Assembly: GCA_017538085.1 (NCBI GenBank)
Contig: JAFYJP010000151.1
Coordinates: forward strand, 1-42,823
Source of the DNA: Bacteroidales bacterium
GTDB lineage: Bacteria > Bacteroidota > Bacteroidia > Bacteroidales > BM520
Reading direction: 5' to 3'
DNA length: 42,823 nt
The notes beneath the pieces are model-generated. The model was not told where the DNA came from. It worked only from the letters and a program-made list of their open reading frames with translations, and made no database searches. The position numbers were made by a program, and so were the translations under genes. Shown here one piece after another: positions 38,534 to 42,823 of the stretch. Position 1 is the first letter of the stretch. Each line of letters opens with the position of its first letter.

Positions 38534-40066
38534 TTATCTTGCGACTGCCACCTTCTTTTTTGAGCTTTTAGCTTTTTTGTTGGCTTTGTTCTGTATTTCG
38601 CTTAGTTCTTTCTTGGCTTTCGCCATTTGTTGCTGAAATTCGGCGTTGGCATGCAGGCGTGCGACAATAGTTGATGCCAGAATGCGGCCATTGTCAACAT
38701 CGCTTTGCCAGTGTACACCGCAGATTACGCGACTTGTCCCCATGTCGTATCCGCGTTGCAATATTTCAGTTTGACGTGCAGGATTGATTTCCGCGAGGAC
38801 AAGAGCGTAAGTCCATGCGGTGACTGTGTGACCGGAAGGGTAGGAACCGTTGGTTCTCAGTTTCTTTTCATCTTTAGGAGTCAGGGTTGGTTCATCAAAC
38901 AGAGCGAAAGGACGCATGCGCATGTAATATTTTTTTGCCTGACGTGTGCATAGGCTGCAGTCGCCTCTCATATTGGTCAGCAGTTTGTAAAGTTCAGGTG
39001 TGTTGTCGGCATTGATGGCCATTCCGTATGCATTGCTGAAATGTTTGGCAAGGTCATCAGGGCTGAGGTTTGCATCTCTGATGGCAAGATTTGCACGGGC
39101 AGTGTCGTTGCGCATCATCTTACCCCATTTGTAACGTGCTACGTCTCGCTTGAAGGCTAATGAGCCAGGCTGTGGCGGTTCAGGGAGAAGTAATGTGCCG
39201 TTAAGGACTTCATCAGTTGTGAGGTAATATTTGTTAGGTTGGGTACGATGGTCATTGACAGTCTGAGATTGTCCCTTTGTGAGTGTTTGTGTGCTTGTTG
39301 GTTTAATAGATGGACGCTTTGTCGCGAACTCTTGTTTTGCCAGTTGCAATTGCTTTTGAAATTCCTCGTTTGCATGCAGACGAGCAACGATTGTGGTTGC
39401 AAGAACACGACCATTGTCAACATCGCTTTGCCAGTGTACACCGCAGATTACGCGACTTGTCCCCATGTCATATCCGCGTTGCAGGATTTCTGTCTGACGT
39501 TCAGGATTGATTTCCGCGAGGACGAGAGCATTAGCCCAGGCGATAATGGTGTGGCCGGAAGGGTAGGAGCCATTGTCGCGCAGATATATCTCATCATCTG
39601 GAGTCAGAGTGGGCTCGTCATATAAGACGAAAGGACGCATACGTTTGTAGTAGTTTTTCGCTTTTATTGAACACAGGTAGCTTACGTCACCACTCATGTT
39701 GTCCATCAGTTTGAATAACTCAGGCGTATTGTCGGCGCTGATGGTGCATCCAAAAGCCTGACTCAATGCTTTGGCAACACCAACAGTTGTATAGTCGGCA
39801 TCTCTGATGGCAAGATTGGCACGGGCGGTGTCGTTGCGCATCATCTTTCCCCAAATGTATCGTTCCTCATCAATTTCAAATGAAATGGAGCCCGGCTGTG
39901 GTGGAGCCGGTATCAGATATGTGCCGTCAAGCACTTCATCCATCGTAAGGTAAAAGTAATCCGGTTCGGTACTGCGGTCAAGAACAGTTTCTGATTGGGC
40001 GTTGAGGTTGAAATAACAAGCCGATAACGCAAGAATAAGGAAAAATCTATTTACAAATCTTTTCAT
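38534..40066 (-). CDS. secreted tandem-domain class A (PhoN/PhoC-type, PAP2) acid phosphatase
   Basis: One signal peptide is followed by two complete domains. Each domain has K..RP (KRMRPF and MRMRPF), PSGH and SRVICGVHWQSD. Confidence 0.85.
   Translation of the reverse strand: MKRFVNRFFLILALSACYFNLNAQSETVLDRSTEPDYFYLTMDEVLDGTYLIPAPPQPGSISFEIDEERYIWGKMMRNDTARANLAIRDADYTTVGVAKALSQAFGCTISADNTPELFKLMDNMSGDVSYLCSIKAKNYYKRMRPFVLYDEPTLTPDDEIYLRDNGSYPSGHTIIAWANALVLAEINPERQTEILQRGYDMGTSRVICGVHWQSDVDNGRVLATTIVARLHANEEFQKQLQLAKQEFATKRPSIKPTSTQTLTKGQSQTVNDHRTQPNKYYLTTDEVLNGTLLLPEPPQPGSLAFKRDVARYKWGKMMRNDTARANLAIRDANLSPDDLAKHFSNAYGMAINADNTPELYKLLTNMRGDCSLCTRQAKKYYMRMRPFALFDEPTLTPKDEKKLRTNGSYPSGHTVTAWTYALVLAEINPARQTEILQRGYDMGTSRVICGVHWQSDVDNGRILASTIVARLHANAEFQQQMAKAKKELSEIQNKANKKAKSSKKKVAVAR
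38600..39997 (-). repeat. intragenic tandem duplication, two units of about 723 bp
   Basis: Hand alignment gives a 723-nt (241-codon) offset. The run 38688-38746 is identical to 39411-39469 (59 nt), and the flanks are similar but diverged. Confidence 0.85.
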
Positions 40067-40085
40067 ATCTGTTAATTATATAGTG

Positions 40086-40093
40086 CAAAGGTA
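40086..40093 (-). promoter_or_regulatory. -7 promoter box (minus strand TACCTTTG) for the acid phosphatase-msrC unit
   Basis: Exact TAnnTTTG, 19 nt upstream of the ATG at 40066. Confidence 0.55.
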
Positions 40094-40227
40094 ACATATT
40101 TTATAATATCACATCAAGTATCATCATCAGAACGAAACCTGTTGCAAAATAAAACTATTAATCTGCAAAAATAATAATAATGGCAATAAATAATGACTAT
40201 TTTCCGTTATCTTAAATTATAGTTTAT

Positions 40228-42411
40228 ATGAAAAAACTATTATCACTATTGGTGATTTTGCTTATCGGATTTCTTGCGGCAGCTACTTTTGTTGAAAAAT
40301 TCCAAGGTCCGGCTTACGCGCAGATGCATTTTTATCATGCACCGTGGATGATTTTGCTTTGGGCGGCAGTCGCTGTGGCGGCAGTGATTGTCGCTGTCCG
40401 GAATAAGGCATGGAAACGCCCTGTGGTGCTTTTGCTTCACAGTTCACTGCTGATAATCCTCATTGGTGCCATGATCACACATGTCTTCAGTCAATCTGGT
40501 GTGTTGGAAATGAAACCTGGCGTGACTTACAGCTGTTTCAAAAGTGATAAGGACCCGGCAGAGAAAATTGCTTTGCCTTTCAGCATCAAACTGTCAAAAT
40601 TTACAGTGGAGACATATCCTGGCGGAATGATGCCGATGGATTTTGTCAGTGAAGTGATTGTTACCGACAAAGACGGGACTTCGTATGATGAAGTTATTTC
40701 CATGAACAACATATTGAAACATAAAGGATACCGCTTCTATCAGTCGGACTATGACGGTGAAGGTGGCAGCACTTTGCAGGTGTCATTTGATCCGTGGGGT
40801 ATTGCGATAACTTACACGGGGTATGTGTTATTGTTGATTGCACTTGTCTCGATGTTTTTCGAAAAGAACGGACAGTTCAGATTGTTGCTGTCATCATGGA
40901 ACAAGACAGTTACTGTAATTCTGCTGCTGCTCTTTGCCACATCGGCTTTTGCGGCACCACGTACTTTGCCAAAGAAAAGTGCTCATGAAATGGGCAATGT
41001 CCTCGTCTCGTATAAGGGGCGTGTCTGTCCGATACGGACTCTCGCAAATGATTTTACCAACACGGTTTGTGGCAGTACACATTATGACGGTCTCAATGCT
41101 GAACAAGTGCTTAGTGGTTTCATTTTCAATATCGACCAATGGAGATACGAACCTGTCTTTAAAATAAAAGGAGACAATGTCCGTCGGTATATGAACCTTG
41201 ATGGCCGCTATGCTACCTTACAACAACTTGAAGAATTGGTGTATAATGTTGAAAATGACACTGCTACATATCTGATGAAGGATAAGAACTTCCGTGCTGC
41301 CATTGAAAAATACCGTCTTGTCGAAAAGATATATACGAGACAGCTGCTGAAGATTTATCCTCACGCCGACAGTGCAAGTAAGGCTGAAGGCAAGTGTTCC
41401 ATTACTTGGTATTCTCAGAATGATGCCCTTCCTGAAGATATAATAGGAAATGAATATATTTTTATTCGCAAACAGCTCAGCTTCTGCAGTGAACTTATTG
41501 CCAAGGGCGATTATGACGAATTCAACAACGTAATGCAGAAGTTACGAAAATATCAGACGATAAACGGCGAATTTGCGTTGCCTTCGTCAGCGCGACTGAA
41601 CGCTGAACAACTTTATAACAGACTTTTTTATGGTAAAATCATGACTGTAATAAGTGTGATTTTGGGAATGGCGCTCTTCGTAATTTGCATTCTTAATGTG
41701 AAAACGGAGAAGAAGATGAACAAAATGATGCGTGTAATTGGCATAGTCTGGCTGGCATTGTTGGGACTGTTTCTTGTCTCCATTTTCATTCTGAGATGGA
41801 TAGCAGGCGGTCACATTCCTCTTGCCGGAAGTTACGACAGTATGGTTTTTCTTGCGCTTTGTGCGTATGTCATTTCGTTGATAATGACACGTAAATACGA
41901 CCTGGCAATACCATTTGGAATGCTTGTTGCCAGTCTTTCCCTTATGCTTCCGATGATGAAATCACCTGTTCCACCGGTCACCAATCTTATTCCGGTGCTT
42001 TCATTCCCTCTTCTGACGCTCCATGTCACAGATATTATGATAGCATACGCATTGCTGTTTTTGGTTCTTCTCAATGGTGTGGTTGGATTGTTTTCCAAAG
42101 TCGGCAGGGAAAAACTGCATCATCTCTCTCTTATCATGTTGTATCCTGCTGTGGCATTGCTTACTATTGGCATTTTCATCGGTGCTGTCTGGGCAAATAT
42201 CAGCTGGGGTAACTATTGGAGTTGGGATCCAAAGGAGGTATGGGCATTGATAACGATGTTTGTCTATGCTGCTCCTTTGCACGGCAGACTTATGCCTTGC
42301 TTCCGCAATACCAGGTTCTTCCATTTCTACTGTATCATTGCATTTATCAGCATCATCATCACATATTTCGGCGTGAACTTCATCCTTGGTGGAATACATG
42401 CATATAATTAA
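40228..42411 (+). CDS. ccsBA: system II cytochrome c biogenesis protein, fused ResB/CcsA (CcsBA)
   Basis: The N-terminal part is ResB-like with a large soluble loop. The C-terminal part is polytopic and carries the WWD motif WGNYWSWDPKEVW. Confidence 0.8.
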   Translation: MKKLLSLLVILLIGFLAAATFVEKFQGPAYAQMHFYHAPWMILLWAAVAVAAVIVAVRNKAWKRPVVLLLHSSLLIILIGAMITHVFSQSGVLEMKPGVTYSCFKSDKDPAEKIALPFSIKLSKFTVETYPGGMMPMDFVSEVIVTDKDGTSYDEVISMNNILKHKGYRFYQSDYDGEGGSTLQVSFDPWGIAITYTGYVLLLIALVSMFFEKNGQFRLLLSSWNKTVTVILLLLFATSAFAAPRTLPKKSAHEMGNVLVSYKGRVCPIRTLANDFTNTVCGSTHYDGLNAEQVLSGFIFNIDQWRYEPVFKIKGDNVRRYMNLDGRYATLQQLEELVYNVENDTATYLMKDKNFRAAIEKYRLVEKIYTRQLLKIYPHADSASKAEGKCSITWYSQNDALPEDIIGNEYIFIRKQLSFCSELIAKGDYDEFNNVMQKLRKYQTINGEFALPSSARLNAEQLYNRLFYGKIMTVISVILGMALFVICILNVKTEKKMNKMMRVIGIVWLALLGLFLVSIFILRWIAGGHIPLAGSYDSMVFLALCAYVISLIMTRKYDLAIPFGMLVASLSLMLPMMKSPVPPVTNLIPVLSFPLLTLHVTDIMIAYALLFLVLLNGVVGLFSKVGREKLHHLSLIMLYPAVALLTIGIFIGAVWANISWGNYWSWDPKEVWALITMFVYAAPLHGRLMPCFRNTRFFHFYCIIAFISIIITYFGVNFILGGIHAYN

Positions 42412-42422
42412 TTTACAAACAA

Positions 42423-42823
42423 TTGAAACTCCTTGTCTTTAATCCCGAGCATGACTATGCGATAGCCAATAACGACAGTAATTATGTGGCTCTTGAGTCG
42501 GCATTGCAGTTTGCTGATGATTGTGCCCTGTTTGCAGCTTATTATCCGTTTGATACTGGCATCGTGTTCCAGCAATGTGCTGATATATCATCAGTTACAC
42601 AGGTTGTTCCATGGGGCTGGGACAAAGCCATAATAAAAAGGCTGAAGAACAGCGGCATTGATTCAAAACTTCTGCCTTCTGACTCCCAGATGGATAAAAT
42701 CCGTGAACTTTCACATCGTAGGATGTCTTCAATAGCGATGCAGTATATACTTGACAACAGTCGAACGCCTGATGTTTTGCCTTGTCCGGCAGCAATGTTG
42801 ACAGATTTGGATATGATTAGTAA
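42423..42823 (+). CDS. hypothetical protein, 5' part only (runs off the window end)
   Basis: The frame is open from 42408 to the window edge (133 codons from the TTG at 42423: LKLLVFNPEHDYAIANND...WGWD...LSHRR). There is no in-frame ATG near the 5' end. Family not recognised. Confidence 0.4.
   Translation, partial: MKLLVFNPEHDYAIANNDSNYVALESALQFADDCALFAAYYPFDTGIVFQQCADISSVTQVVPWGWDKAIIKRLKNSGIDSKLLPSDSQMDKIRELSHRRMSSIAMQYILDNSRTPDVLPCPAAMLTDLDMIS

Noticed and set aside
40180-40215. 11-codon upstream ORF (MAINNDYFPLS*) in the ccsBA leader.
   Set aside because: It is very short and AT-rich, with no supporting structure or conservation that I can assess. It is probably chance.

Overview
This 42.8-kb window is densely coding: about 36 CDS, one tRNA-Ser and one riboswitch-like leader, with every intergenic gap under 180 bp. 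It reads as core chromosome of a Bacteroidota bacterium, probably Bacteroidales. Three things support that: exact TAnnTTTG -7 promoter boxes precede almost every transcription unit, no obvious Shine-Dalgarno sequences were seen where start regions were read, and the gene content fits. The genes are housekeeping (ispA-like prenyl synthase, priA, glyA, pyrC, aroQ, fabF/fabG, lptF/G-like, hisS, lepA, gap, ccsBA) mixed with envelope functions (four glycosyltransferases, a GWxTD protein, PAP2 phosphatases, lipoproteins). I saw no transposase, integrase, phage gene, CRISPR array, toxin or recognisable defence gene, so I cannot honestly name a self-contained novel system here. Five items deserve a second look. 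(1) A 510-aa secreted protein is a head-to-tail duplication of a complete class A acid phosphatase, with a 723-bp period, both active sites intact and a 59-nt perfectly identical core. (2) A Memo-AMMECR1 (AmmeMemoRadiSam B-A) fusion appears to carry a lipoprotein signal peptide, while the matching radical SAM gene lies about 18.5 kb away. (3) A preQ1-I-like pseudoknot sits directly in front of a YhhQ-type queuosine-precursor transporter, with that radical SAM gene and three PAP2 domains nearby. (4) fabF-fabG is start/stop-coupled to a 694-aa VWA membrane protein, with no acpP in the locus. (5) Glycosyltransferase genes overlap lptF/G-like and hisS by ATGA. All functional calls come from reading motifs by eye; no database or covariance-model search was run.
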